Source of the DNA: Phycisphaerales bacterium UBA5793 | GTDB taxonomy: Bacteria; Planctomycetota; Phycisphaerae; Phycisphaerales; UBA5793 | Assembly (NCBI GenBank): GCA_002418285.1 | Contig: DIDT01000018.1 | Location: 90,309-154,308 of the forward strand | Reading direction: 5' to 3' | Length of the DNA: 64,000 nt | Shown here: positions 1-8,329 of the stretch, in pieces | Layout of the letters: the number at the start of each line of letters is the position of its first letter | How positions within the stretch are numbered: the first letter of the stretch is position 1 | The notes under the pieces: generated by a model | What the model was told of the DNA's origin: nothing | The model's database searches: none | The model's input: the letters and a program-made list of their open reading frames with translations, nothing else | Position numbers and translations under genes: made by a program

Positions 1-246
1 CGCGTTGTTGGCTTTGGTCGGTTTGAAGAAGTCGAACACGCCGTGGTTGCCCGGCTGCTTGCCGGTGGCGAATGAAACCCAGGCCGGGCCGGTGACGGGC
101 GGGACCGTGCTCATCAGCGTGCCCCAGGATCCGCGATCCATGAGCGACTTGCAGGTGGGCATGACGCCCTGTGCGGCGAGGGGCTTCATGACGTCAAACG
201 TCATGCCGTCCAGCCCGATGATCATCACTCGCTGTTTGCTGCTCAT
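1..246 (-). CDS. Alkaline-phosphatase-superfamily protein (type I phosphodiesterase/nucleotide pyrophosphatase-like), N-terminal fragment; the gene runs off the window start
   Basis: Not in the ORF track because it is edge-truncated. The reverse complement of 1-246 reads MSSKQRVMIIGLDGMTFDVMKPLAAQGVMPTCKSLMDRGSWGTLMSTVPPVTGPAWVSFATGKQPGNHGVFDFF. The 'IIGLDG' start and the 'PPVTGPAW..TG..P..HG' Thr-nucleophile segment are typical of this family. ATG is at 246-244, 72 nt downstream of the glycosyltransferase stop on the same strand. Confidence 0.6.
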   Translation of the reverse strand, partial: MSSKQRVMIIGLDGMTFDVMKPLAAQGVMPTCKSLMDRGSWGTLMSTVPPVTGPAWVSFATGKQPGNHGVFDFFKPTKANNA

Positions 247-317
247 TGGTCTCCGCCTGCGACGATTCTACACGAGTCAGGCCGGGGCAAAGGCTCGGCG
301 ACGCCCCGGTTTCCCCT

Positions 318-1502
318 CTACCTGCCGGCGCGCTCCGCCAACACCTCTTCATACAGGTCGACCAGTTGGTCGGCCACGTAACTCCAACTCAACGTGCGGA
401 CGGTTTCGGGCAGTTCGCTGCGAACCCGCTCGCGGTACTCAGCGTCGCCGATCGCCTTGCGCAGACTCTGGACGCACTGGTCGACGTTGCCCGCTTCGAA
501 GAGTTCGCCGAGGCGTCCATTGTCAGTCTGCTCGACAAAGCAGGGGACCGTTGTCAGCACGGGGAAAAGCCCGCAGGCCATGGCTTCCATCGATGACACG
601 CAGAATCCCTCGCCATGCGAACCCATGACGTAGATATCTGCCGCGTTCTCCATTTCGGGAAGGAGCATGTTGTTCACATAGCCCATCAGCGTCACGTGGC
701 GCGTGAGGATCGCGCTGCCGGCCACGAGCGCTTTTACTTCGTCTTCGATGATTCCTGAGCCGGCCATGTAAAAGTGCGACTGCGGAAACTCCGGCGCCAC
801 CTTTTCATACGCACGCAGCACCGTGCATGGATCCTTCCGCTTGGTCAGACCGGCAGCCCAGAAAAGAACCGGCTTGCCCTTGAAACCGGTTTTCTCCAGA
901 CACGCGGCGCGATCCAGCGGGCGGAACCGATCGTCGTACCCCACGCGGATGATACGGTTTTTCGCCGGATCGAGCCCGAGACCCTCGCGATACATTTCCT
1001 CGTGGTACTTCGTGAGGTAGATGCCACGCTCAGCCATGCGGTTTGGGAACTGGAGAATCTTGCGGATGTACCCCTTGCGCGCCAGGTGCGGGCCGTGGTG
1101 CTGGTAGACGTAGGGCAGTCGATGGCGGACGAAGGAGCGAGACGCCAGATGAAAGGTGTAGGCGTAGCTGTTCATCTGCCAGTGCACGAGATCCGGTTTC
1201 CACTCGTAGATTTTGCGCAGGAAGGCACCCGACCATTGCTTGCCCTGATAGAACTTGCGCCGTGTCATGGGCCACATGGGCTTGGTGGCGAACCACTCAA
1301 CCCCGTCGCCCTCCGCCTGGCCGGTCATCGTGTACATGATGTGGACGGACACGGCCGAACCGGGGTGTCGTCGATCCAACGCAGCCTTGACGGACTCCGC
1401 CTCCTGGCCGAGCCAGTCTTTCTTGTCCACCACGGCGCGGCGCAGATCGGTTTCGCGGTCGTTGCGGGTCGGAATTGAGGGAAAGATAAACGCGATCCGC
1501 AC
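318..1502 (-). CDS. Glycosyltransferase, GT-B fold (family 4/GT1-like)
   Basis: ORF 318..1673(-). The C-terminal half carries the GT4 signature 'GSHGEGFCVSSMEAMACGLFPVLTTVPCFVEQTDNGRLGELF'. I moved the start to GTG 1502 (VRIAFIFPSIP..., the usual GT4 N-terminus), which has GGAGG 8 nt upstream. The 57 codons further upstream are Arg/Cys-rich and look non-coding. Confidence 0.85.
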   Translation of the reverse strand: MRIAFIFPSIPTRNDRETDLRRAVVDKKDWLGQEAESVKAALDRRHPGSAVSVHIMYTMTGQAEGDGVEWFATKPMWPMTRRKFYQGKQWSGAFLRKIYEWKPDLVHWQMNSYAYTFHLASRSFVRHRLPYVYQHHGPHLARKGYIRKILQFPNRMAERGIYLTKYHEEMYREGLGLDPAKNRIIRVGYDDRFRPLDRAACLEKTGFKGKPVLFWAAGLTKRKDPCTVLRAYEKVAPEFPQSHFYMAGSGIIEDEVKALVAGSAILTRHVTLMGYVNNMLLPEMENAADIYVMGSHGEGFCVSSMEAMACGLFPVLTTVPCFVEQTDNGRLGELFEAGNVDQCVQSLRKAIGDAEYRERVRSELPETVRTLSWSYVADQLVDLYEEVLAERAGR

Positions 1503-1751
1503 CGCCGATGCCTCCACCTGTTGCGGGGTGTGTGATGCGCGGCGACAAGGACGTGCGAGTGCCGTGCAGAAGACTGGGACCAGATGATAGCCTCGCCTGT
1601 CGATGGCCTGACACGAGAGATGTCGGCAGGATGATCGATCGGCATCACGATCATGTGCCTCAAGGCCCGGCACGATCTAGAGTTCGCCTCGCGATCCGCG
1701 CCCCCGGAAACAGTTCCTTGCCCTGAACGGCCGATTGACTCAACATCGCCC

Positions 1752-3257
1752 ATGAACGAGCGACGTCCGAATATCCTCATCATCGTTTTTGACGCCGCCC
1801 GGGCGGAGAACTTTTCGCTTTGCGGCTATGAGCGCCCAACGACTCCGGCACTGGAGCGGCACGCCGCGCGTCTGGCCGTCTATCGCCAGTGTGTTTCCTC
1901 GGCCATCTGGACCCTGCCCAGCACGACCGGGCTCTTTACCGGGACCTATCCCTCGACGCACCGCCTGGTCGTTGACGGCGAACGGCTGAGCCGACGCTTC
2001 ACAACGCTGGCCGAAATGCTCTCGGCAGAGAACTACGTCACGGCGAAAATCACGGGCCATGTGCCGTACGTCTCCGACTTCTCAGGGCTCGATCGAGGCT
2101 TCGCACACGTCATGGAGCCGCCTCCGAATCCGCTGCGAGCACGCTGGAGAGCGATCAAGCAGCGTCTGGCGCGGCGCGAGGGCCGGCAGCGACAGGAGGG
2201 TGTGGATCTCGGCCTGGATCTCAAGGCCGAGGCGGACGACGCCCAGCGCCGTTCGCTGCGGAACCGCCTGCGCTACTGGATGACCGGCTTTGCCGACGTC
2301 GGCGCCGCAGCGTGCATGGATCACCTGCGGCGATTTTGGCAACAGCACGAGGATCGTCCGAGATTCGCCTACCTGCATCTCCAGGAGACGCATGCGGAGT
2401 ATCGCCCTCCGCACCGCTACCGGCGCCGGTTTCTCCCCGAGGCGCTCAAGCGGCATGATCTGGCGACGATCAATCAACGACCCAATCCGCACGACGTCGG
2501 CCTCGTGAAGCTCACCGAGCAGGAGTATGAAGTCCTCACCGGTCTCTACGATGGGTGCATTGCCTACCTCGATGAGCAGGTTGGTCGACTGCTTGACGAT
2601 CTCTCAAAGCGACCGGATTTTGACAAGACGCTGATCATCGTGACCGCGGATCACGGCGATTGTCTCGGTCGACACGGCGTTCTGGGGCATCAGTTTGTCT
2701 GCTACGAGGAACTGATACATATTCCGTGGATCGTGAAGTGGCCCAGGAACATAAGCATCACCGGTGATCAGGATAATCTGATACAGAATCTCGATCTCGT
2801 TCCCACGCTCTGCAGCATCATGGGGTTGGAAGCGCCTCGGCAGTGCGAGGGAATCGACATATTGAGCCAGTCCCGCGAATTCGCCTACAGCGAACTGCTC
2901 AAGCCTTTTGGAACCGGCGCTATTCGTCAGGGGTTGCACGAAATGGCTCCGCACTTGAACCGTGGCGTGCTGGCCGTGCGCAACAGGACGCACAAGCAGC
3001 TGATCTACACGAACGACCAACCCGCGGAGTGCTTCGACCTTGTCCATGATCCCCGCGAGCGCCACAATCTGCTGACCGGAGCAAACGCGGCGGCCTCGCA
3101 TAACATCACGGACCAGCTCGCAGCTGCAACTGCCGCATGGGGTCCGCGGTGGCGCGAAGCATATGCGGATGTGCAGGCCCGACTGCTGGGCGGCCCGGAT
3201 GCCGCGATGTCACCCGAAGTGGAAGAACGGCTTCGAGCCCTCGGTTATCTCGATTAG
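1752..3257 (+). CDS. Sulfatase-fold (alkaline phosphatase superfamily) hydrolase/transferase with a non-canonical nucleophile motif
   Basis: ORF 1653..3257, start set at ATG 1752 (MNERRPNILIIVFDAARAENF). It has a sulfatase-type N-terminus with a metal-binding Asp, and 'IIVTADHGDCLGRHG'. Where formylglycine sulfatases have C/S-x-P-x-R, this protein reads W-T-L-P-S-T-T-G-L-F-T-G. Confidence 0.85.
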   Translation: MNERRPNILIIVFDAARAENFSLCGYERPTTPALERHAARLAVYRQCVSSAIWTLPSTTGLFTGTYPSTHRLVVDGERLSRRFTTLAEMLSAENYVTAKITGHVPYVSDFSGLDRGFAHVMEPPPNPLRARWRAIKQRLARREGRQRQEGVDLGLDLKAEADDAQRRSLRNRLRYWMTGFADVGAAACMDHLRRFWQQHEDRPRFAYLHLQETHAEYRPPHRYRRRFLPEALKRHDLATINQRPNPHDVGLVKLTEQEYEVLTGLYDGCIAYLDEQVGRLLDDLSKRPDFDKTLIIVTADHGDCLGRHGVLGHQFVCYEELIHIPWIVKWPRNISITGDQDNLIQNLDLVPTLCSIMGLEAPRQCEGIDILSQSREFAYSELLKPFGTGAIRQGLHEMAPHLNRGVLAVRNRTHKQLIYTNDQPAECFDLVHDPRERHNLLTGANAAASHNITDQLAAATAAWGPRWREAYADVQARLLGGPDAAMSPEVEERLRALGYLD

Positions 3258-3267
3258 GACCTCACTG

Positions 3268-4149
3268 GTGAAATTCCCTCTCAAACGTTGGCCGCGGCTG
3301 CTGCTCGCCGCGATTCACACCCGCAACCCGTGGGCGCATCGGTTGGTCGCGACATTGCCGCGGCTGAAGTTGGATCGCCCGGTGTTTGTCGTTGGCCTGC
3401 CGCGTTCCGGGACGTCAGTATTCGTCCGATATTTCGCCAAGCACCCGCACTTCGCCCACTGGTCCGAAGCGCCGACGGTGTGGGATCCTCACTACCGCGC
3501 GCGGGACACCGACCATCGATGGACGGCGGCTGAGGCGACGGACGCTGCCATTCGCCGCATCGACAACAACTTCGCCTACTACACCAAGTGGAAGGGCAAG
3601 GCCCGATTCGTCAACAAGCACCCTCGCAATTCGGTGCGCGTTCCGTTCCTCATGGCTGGCTGGCCGGACGCTCACATCATCTGCCTGCAGCGCGATCCGC
3701 GCGCGGTGGTCTGGAGCCTCGTGTGTCGCACCCGGGCCGAGTCGTGGCGGAGCGGCTATCCGCTTGGCCAGTTCGCCCGGCCCCCGGGTTGGCGCGAGAT
3801 CGACGCACGACCGGATCTCGTCGAGAAGTTCTCTCTGGCTTCCGTCGCGCTCCACGAGACCATGCGTGACGACATCGCGCAGCACGTTCCCGACGCTCAG
3901 CTGCACTCGGTGCGCTACGAGGACTTTGTCAAGGATTGCCACGGCGTGCTCAGGGGGCTCTGGGAAGCGTGCGGCGCCGAGTTCAAACCGCGAGCCGTTT
4001 CCGACGTTCCCGAGACTTTGGTTAACATGAACGCCAAGTGGAGTCGCGAGATGAAGCCCGAGGACATTGCCACCATGCAACCCATCGTCGAGCCCATGGT
4101 GCACGAACTGCGATACGATGAGGATGGCCCCTCAAAGGCGGCAGGATAA
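3268..4149 (+). CDS. Sulfotransferase family protein (paralog 1)
   Basis: ORF 3163..4149. Its 5' part overlaps the previous gene, so I set the start at in-frame GTG 3268 (VKFPLKRW...). It has the PAPS 5'-phosphosulfate loop 'VVGLPRSGTSVF' and 'NKHPRNSVRVPFL'. It aligns along its whole length with the next gene. Confidence 0.8.
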   Translation: MKFPLKRWPRLLLAAIHTRNPWAHRLVATLPRLKLDRPVFVVGLPRSGTSVFVRYFAKHPHFAHWSEAPTVWDPHYRARDTDHRWTAAEATDAAIRRIDNNFAYYTKWKGKARFVNKHPRNSVRVPFLMAGWPDAHIICLQRDPRAVVWSLVCRTRAESWRSGYPLGQFARPPGWREIDARPDLVEKFSLASVALHETMRDDIAQHVPDAQLHSVRYEDFVKDCHGVLRGLWEACGAEFKPRAVSDVPETLVNMNAKWSREMKPEDIATMQPIVEPMVHELRYDEDGPSKAAG

Positions 4150-4179
4150 GCTGCATTGCCAGCGCAAAAGGATGGATGA

Positions 4180-5106
4180 ATGAGGATCCCCGGGAAAGTC
4201 GAACGCATCCTGTGGTACACGCTCTGGGGGCGCAATCCCGTGACGCTCGCCGTCATGGCGCTGCTCCCGCACCGCCCGGTCGACCGTCCCATTTTCATCC
4301 TCGGCTCACCGCGCTCGGGCACCAGCGTCTTCAGCCGCATCTTCGGTGCGCATCCGGAACTTGCGAACTGGTCGGAAGGGCACTTTCTCTTTGATCCGCA
4401 CTATCGCAACCAGACCAACGAACATCGGTGGACCGAGAAGGACGTGACGCCGTTTGGGGCTCGGCGACTTCAGTCCAACATCGCCTGGTATTGCCGGTAC
4501 ATCTCGGTGCGACAACACATCAACGCGCATCGATTCACCAACAAACTTCCCCGAAACACGCTGCGCGTCCCCTGGTTGCTCTCGATCTTTCCCGACGCCC
4601 AGTTCATTCACATCATCCGCGATGGGCGGGCGGTGGTGCGCTCCATGGTTCGGGTGATGGAAAAACAGGGGAAACAGGATCGCACGCTGGCCGACTTTGC
4701 CCGGCCGCCGGGTTGGCAGGAGTACTACCAGGCTGATCCCTATGAAGCGCACGCCCGCCAGTGGGCCGGCATCGAGGACATCGTACAGGCTGATCTGGCG
4801 GGTCTACCCGAAGATCGGGTCTATCGCGCCAAGTACGAAGATTTCATTGTCAGCACACGAGAGATCATGCGGTCGATGTGCACGCGCTTTGGGCTGCGCG
4901 ACGATGACAAGGCCGTGTCACGCTTTCCTGAACACTTGGAGAACCGCAACAGCAAGTGGCCAACGGAGTGCACGACTGAGCAGATCGAGACCATGCGACC
5001 CTGGGTGACGCCGCTGCTGCTCAAGTACGGCTACGAAACAAGTGCGGATTGGAGCGTGCCGGGTCGCACCGATGCGCCTTCAAGCACCGTGGGCGCGTCG
5101 ACGTAG
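4180..5106 (+). CDS. Sulfotransferase family protein (paralog 2)
   Basis: It has 'ILGSPRSGTSVF', 'NKLPRNTLRVPWL' and 'IIRDGRAVVRS'. It is a clear tandem paralog of 3268..4149. Confidence 0.8.
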   Translation: MRIPGKVERILWYTLWGRNPVTLAVMALLPHRPVDRPIFILGSPRSGTSVFSRIFGAHPELANWSEGHFLFDPHYRNQTNEHRWTEKDVTPFGARRLQSNIAWYCRYISVRQHINAHRFTNKLPRNTLRVPWLLSIFPDAQFIHIIRDGRAVVRSMVRVMEKQGKQDRTLADFARPPGWQEYYQADPYEAHARQWAGIEDIVQADLAGLPEDRVYRAKYEDFIVSTREIMRSMCTRFGLRDDDKAVSRFPEHLENRNSKWPTECTTEQIETMRPWVTPLLLKYGYETSADWSVPGRTDAPSSTVGAST

Positions 5107-5130
5107 CAGTCTGAGGCACGGGGAATTCAA

Positions 5131-5865
5131 TCAGGTGACGGCGACCTGGAGTGATCGCTTGAGCGCGGGTGGAATGTTCAGCAGGCACACCCGCTTGGTG
5201 ACGTGATTCTCTCGATCAAAATCGCTGAGCAGGCGTGCAATGTCGCCCAGACGACGCCGATCTTTCGTGTTCTTGAACGGCTGAGCGATCTTGCGAATGC
5301 CGGCGTACTCGAAGAAATTGAGGCGCCCGCCCGGGGCGAGCAGGGATTTCATCCGATCGAGGATCTCGCGAACGATTTCCGGTTCGAAGTTGTTGAGCGG
5401 AAGTGACGAGACGATGAACTCGTAGTGACCCTCAAGCGGCACCGTCTGGATCGGGCCGCAGTGCACTCGAATCGTTGCGCCCGGGACGCGCTGACGGGCG
5501 GGCGCAAGGAATTTCTTTTCGAGTGTGCGGACGAACTCCTCGCTGATTTCGACGACGTCAAACACGTCGCCGGCTGCAAGTGTCGGGACGATCTGCTCGG
5601 TCATGGGGCCAGCGCCTGGTCCGACTTCGAGAATGCGGCGCGGAGCGGCGGCCTCGCGGCACTCCTTGGTCATCAGCCGGGCGAATGTCGGCATGCTCGG
5701 GACCGGCGTCCCGGTGTGGTAGTAGTCTTTCAGGGCAATCTTGATATGCGTGAGCAATTCGATGCCCTTTCTGGTCACGCGCGGCGCGGGGTCCGGGTCG
5801 GCCACTAGTATAGTCCCCGTCACCGTACGTTCTTTGGAGACCCGGGCATGGCATTGCAGCAGCAA
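5131..5865 (-). CDS. Class I SAM-dependent methyltransferase (COG3963/phospholipid N-methyltransferase-like)
   Basis: SAM motif I 'ILEVGPGAGPMTEQIV', upstream 'PVPSMPTFARLM' and acidic motif II 'VVEISEEF'. The track start at 5865 is a TTG that overlaps the divergent gene at 5848. The true start may be GTG 5823. Confidence 0.75.
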   Translation of the reverse strand: MLLQCHARVSKERTVTGTILVADPDPAPRVTRKGIELLTHIKIALKDYYHTGTPVPSMPTFARLMTKECREAAAPRRILEVGPGAGPMTEQIVPTLAAGDVFDVVEISEEFVRTLEKKFLAPARQRVPGATIRVHCGPIQTVPLEGHYEFIVSSLPLNNFEPEIVREILDRMKSLLAPGGRLNFFEYAGIRKIAQPFKNTKDRRRLGDIARLLSDFDRENHVTKRVCLLNIPPALKRSLQVAVT

Positions 5866-6468
5866 ACCGTCGAATCGCTTCTGGAGGCCGTCGGTGCAAG
5901 AACGCCCTCCCCCGGCGGTGGTGCCGTCGCGTCAATCGTCGGCTCGCTCGGTGCGGCCCTCGGTCGAATGTCACTGGGCTATTCCATCAATCGGCGATCG
6001 ACGGATGACGAACGTCGCAACTTTCAAGGGGCCATTGACCACCTATTGGCTATCGGCCGGCAGATGCTCGATCTGGCCGAGCAGGACGCCGAGGCGTATT
6101 CCCGCCTCGATGCTCTGTTTCGGCTGGCCGAGGATGATCCCCAGCGCCAGGCGCAATGGGCGGAAGCGGTGCGTGGCGCGATCAAAGCGCCCATGGCCGT
6201 CGTGGACGCCGCATGCGGGATGGCGAGCCTGCTCGCCGAAGTGGCGGAAAAGTGTAATCCGCGCCTGCTCAGCGATTTGGCCATCGCCGCGATCCTCAGC
6301 GACGCGGCCGCCCGAAGCGGGGCGTGGAATGTCAGAGTCAACCTGCCTCTTGTGGAATCCCCCAGCGAGCGAAAGACGATCGAGCAACGGCTGCAGGCTC
6401 GTCTGGCGAGCACGGCCAGCAGCGCCTACCTGGTGGAATCGGTCGCACGGCGTCGAGCGCCGCTCTGA
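5848..6468 (+). CDS. Cyclodeaminase/cyclohydrolase family protein (FTCD C-terminal-domain like)
   Basis: The N-terminus 'LLEAVGARTPSPGGGAVASIVGSLGAALGRMSLGYS' is the family's hallmark PGGG segment. Size is about 200 aa and the composition is all-helical. Confidence 0.8.
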   Translation: MALQQQTVESLLEAVGARTPSPGGGAVASIVGSLGAALGRMSLGYSINRRSTDDERRNFQGAIDHLLAIGRQMLDLAEQDAEAYSRLDALFRLAEDDPQRQAQWAEAVRGAIKAPMAVVDAACGMASLLAEVAEKCNPRLLSDLAIAAILSDAAARSGAWNVRVNLPLVESPSERKTIEQRLQARLASTASSAYLVESVARRRAPL

Positions 6469-6519
6469 GCGCAGCAGCCCATCGATTGCTCAACCTCGCG
6501 GTTTGGCCCAGCCGATGAA

Positions 6520-6750
6520 ATGGTCGTGCTCGACCGCTACGACACACCACCTGAACCCAATGATGCGGGTGCGAGTCAACGCACCAAGCCGTGGCTGATG
6601 ATCTATTTTCAGTGCTGCCACTCCTACGGCCGCTTGTATCGCAATCGAGCCGGCACGCAATACTCCGGATGCTGTCCGCGATGTGGAGCGCGCGTCAAGG
6701 CCCGGATCGGGGCCGGCGGCACCTCGCGACGGATGTTCCGGGCCGGGTGA
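6520..6750 (+). CDS. Small Cys-rich (zinc-ribbon-like) protein
   Basis: It has 'YFQCCHSYGRLYRNRAGTQYSGCCPRCGARV', i.e. CC...CC-P-R-C. It is first in a same-strand gene series. The start is uncertain; an internal ATG gives MIYFQCC. Confidence 0.4.
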   Translation: MVVLDRYDTPPEPNDAGASQRTKPWLMIYFQCCHSYGRLYRNRAGTQYSGCCPRCGARVKARIGAGGTSRRMFRAG

Positions 6751-6807
6751 TTCCGTTGAGCCCCGTATTGAGGGTGAGAGTGTTGGCGGCGCGTCTAGGA
6801 TTGGCCC

Positions 6808-7335
6808 ATGAGCCGCTTCTCCACGAACCCATCCTACGACGTGGCCCGGGCGACGGGCTGCTGCAATGCCACTGGAGCCCCCATCGAACCCGGTTCGCCC
6901 TACGTTGCGACGCTGTGTGAACGAGAGGGAGAAGAGGGTTTCGATCGACTCGACTACTCCCTCCAGGCTTGGGAGCGGGGCCAACGCCCCGACAGGCTCT
7001 TCTCGTCGTGGCGCACCACCATGCCCGTTCCCGGCGGAAGGGCCAAGCCCTTCGTGGACGATGAAGTGCTGCTGAATCTTTTTCATCGACTGGCCGACGA
7101 TCAGCAGCCGCAGCGACTTGCTTACCGGTTCGTCATTGCGCTGATCCTCTTGCGCAAGCGATTGCTCAAGCAGGACTCGACGCGCCATGAAGAGGGCCGG
7201 AGCATCTGGCTGATGCGGCTCAAAGGTGATCCGACCGACGCACCGGCGTTGGAGGTTGTCGATCCACGTCTCTCCGAAGACCAGGTGCGCGAGGTTTCCG
7301 ATCAACTGGGAGAGATTCTTCGGGGTGAATTGTGA
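6808..7335 (+). CDS. Hypothetical protein
   Basis: Balanced amino-acid composition. Its stop overlaps the next start in a GTGA 4-nt overlap at 7332-7335. The competing antisense ORF 6490..7305 is Arg/Gly/Pro-rich. Confidence 0.6.
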   Translation: MSRFSTNPSYDVARATGCCNATGAPIEPGSPYVATLCEREGEEGFDRLDYSLQAWERGQRPDRLFSSWRTTMPVPGGRAKPFVDDEVLLNLFHRLADDQQPQRLAYRFVIALILLRKRLLKQDSTRHEEGRSIWLMRLKGDPTDAPALEVVDPRLSEDQVREVSDQLGEILRGEL

Positions 7336-8279
7336 CCCGTCAGCAGATCACGAGTCTCGCGGGGCTGGTCGTGATGCAGTTAGCAACATTGGCAGGTTGC
7401 AAGACGTCCGGAACCGCCGATGACGGCGTGAAGCCTCAGCCGCTCGGGACGCCGCCGACGTATCGCGAACTGGCAGAGCGGCACAACGCTCGCATCGCTG
7501 ACATTGTTGGCTTCTACACGCGAGCCAACGTCGAAGTCTCCTGGGTTGATGAGCAAGGCAAGGAGCAGAATGAGGTTGGAGAAGGAAACCTGATCTTCGT
7601 CCGGCCCGACCAGGTCGCCCTGACCTTCGAAAAGGTTGGCAAGGTCTACCTGTGGATTGGTGGCGGGCCCGAACGCTCGTGGATGCTCTGGGGTGGCGAT
7701 GAATCGCGCGCCTACATCGCGCGAAATGAAAACATTCTCAACGTGCAGTGTGAGGAGTTTCCCATTGCACTGCTTCCTGCAGAGCTGATTGATCTCTACG
7801 GCGTGTTCGAACTGCCGCCAGAGCCGCCGGAAGGCGCGGTTGTGAACGTCTCGGGAGATGAGCAACGACAGGCCTGGGTCGTAACGGCCCCGGCCCGATG
7901 GTGTGCTCGCCGGGTCTGGCTCGAGGTCGAAGGCGGCCGCCCTCAGCGCGTTGAACTTTTCGATCCTGTGACTGGCCGGATTTGGGCCGCCAGCGAGCTT
8001 GGCGAATACAAGGAGATGGAAGTGCGCGGCGTCGCGCCAGGTCGGCAGCCATTCGTGCCCACGCGCGTGGAGGTGCGATCCGGCCCATCCAAGAGTGATG
8101 GCGTCGTACGACTCACGCTCTTCAATCCGGCCGATGCACCGGCTGGACGAACGGAGATCAAGGCCGCGCTCTTCGATTTTGAGGCGATTCGGCGCAACAT
8201 GCGCCCGCACGAAATCGTGGTGCTTGACGCCCAATGCGCCCGGCCGGCACTTCCCACGCCTCCGGACGAATCGAAGTGA
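7332..8279 (+). CDS. Lipoprotein, possibly LolA/LolB-like fold
   Basis: GTG start coupled to the upstream stop. Signal peptide with lipobox 'LATLAGC'. The fold assignment is a weak impression from the beta-rich pattern. Confidence 0.6.
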   Translation: MTRQQITSLAGLVVMQLATLAGCKTSGTADDGVKPQPLGTPPTYRELAERHNARIADIVGFYTRANVEVSWVDEQGKEQNEVGEGNLIFVRPDQVALTFEKVGKVYLWIGGGPERSWMLWGGDESRAYIARNENILNVQCEEFPIALLPAELIDLYGVFELPPEPPEGAVVNVSGDEQRQAWVVTAPARWCARRVWLEVEGGRPQRVELFDPVTGRIWAASELGEYKEMEVRGVAPGRQPFVPTRVEVRSGPSKSDGVVRLTLFNPADAPAGRTEIKAALFDFEAIRRNMRPHEIVVLDAQCARPALPTPPDESK

Positions 8280-8329
8280 ACCCCACCAGGCTAACCGTGC
8301 GCGAACGGGGTCTATCATCCACTCACAGC

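Noticed and set aside
5-628. 207-aa + strand ORF at the window start
   Set aside because: It overlaps the phosphodiesterase-like fragment and the glycosyltransferase 3' end on the - strand. It is Arg/Pro-rich.
6490-7305. 271-aa ORF on the - strand
   Set aside because: It competes with two + strand ORFs. Those have a balanced composition, and one is start/stop-coupled to the next gene.
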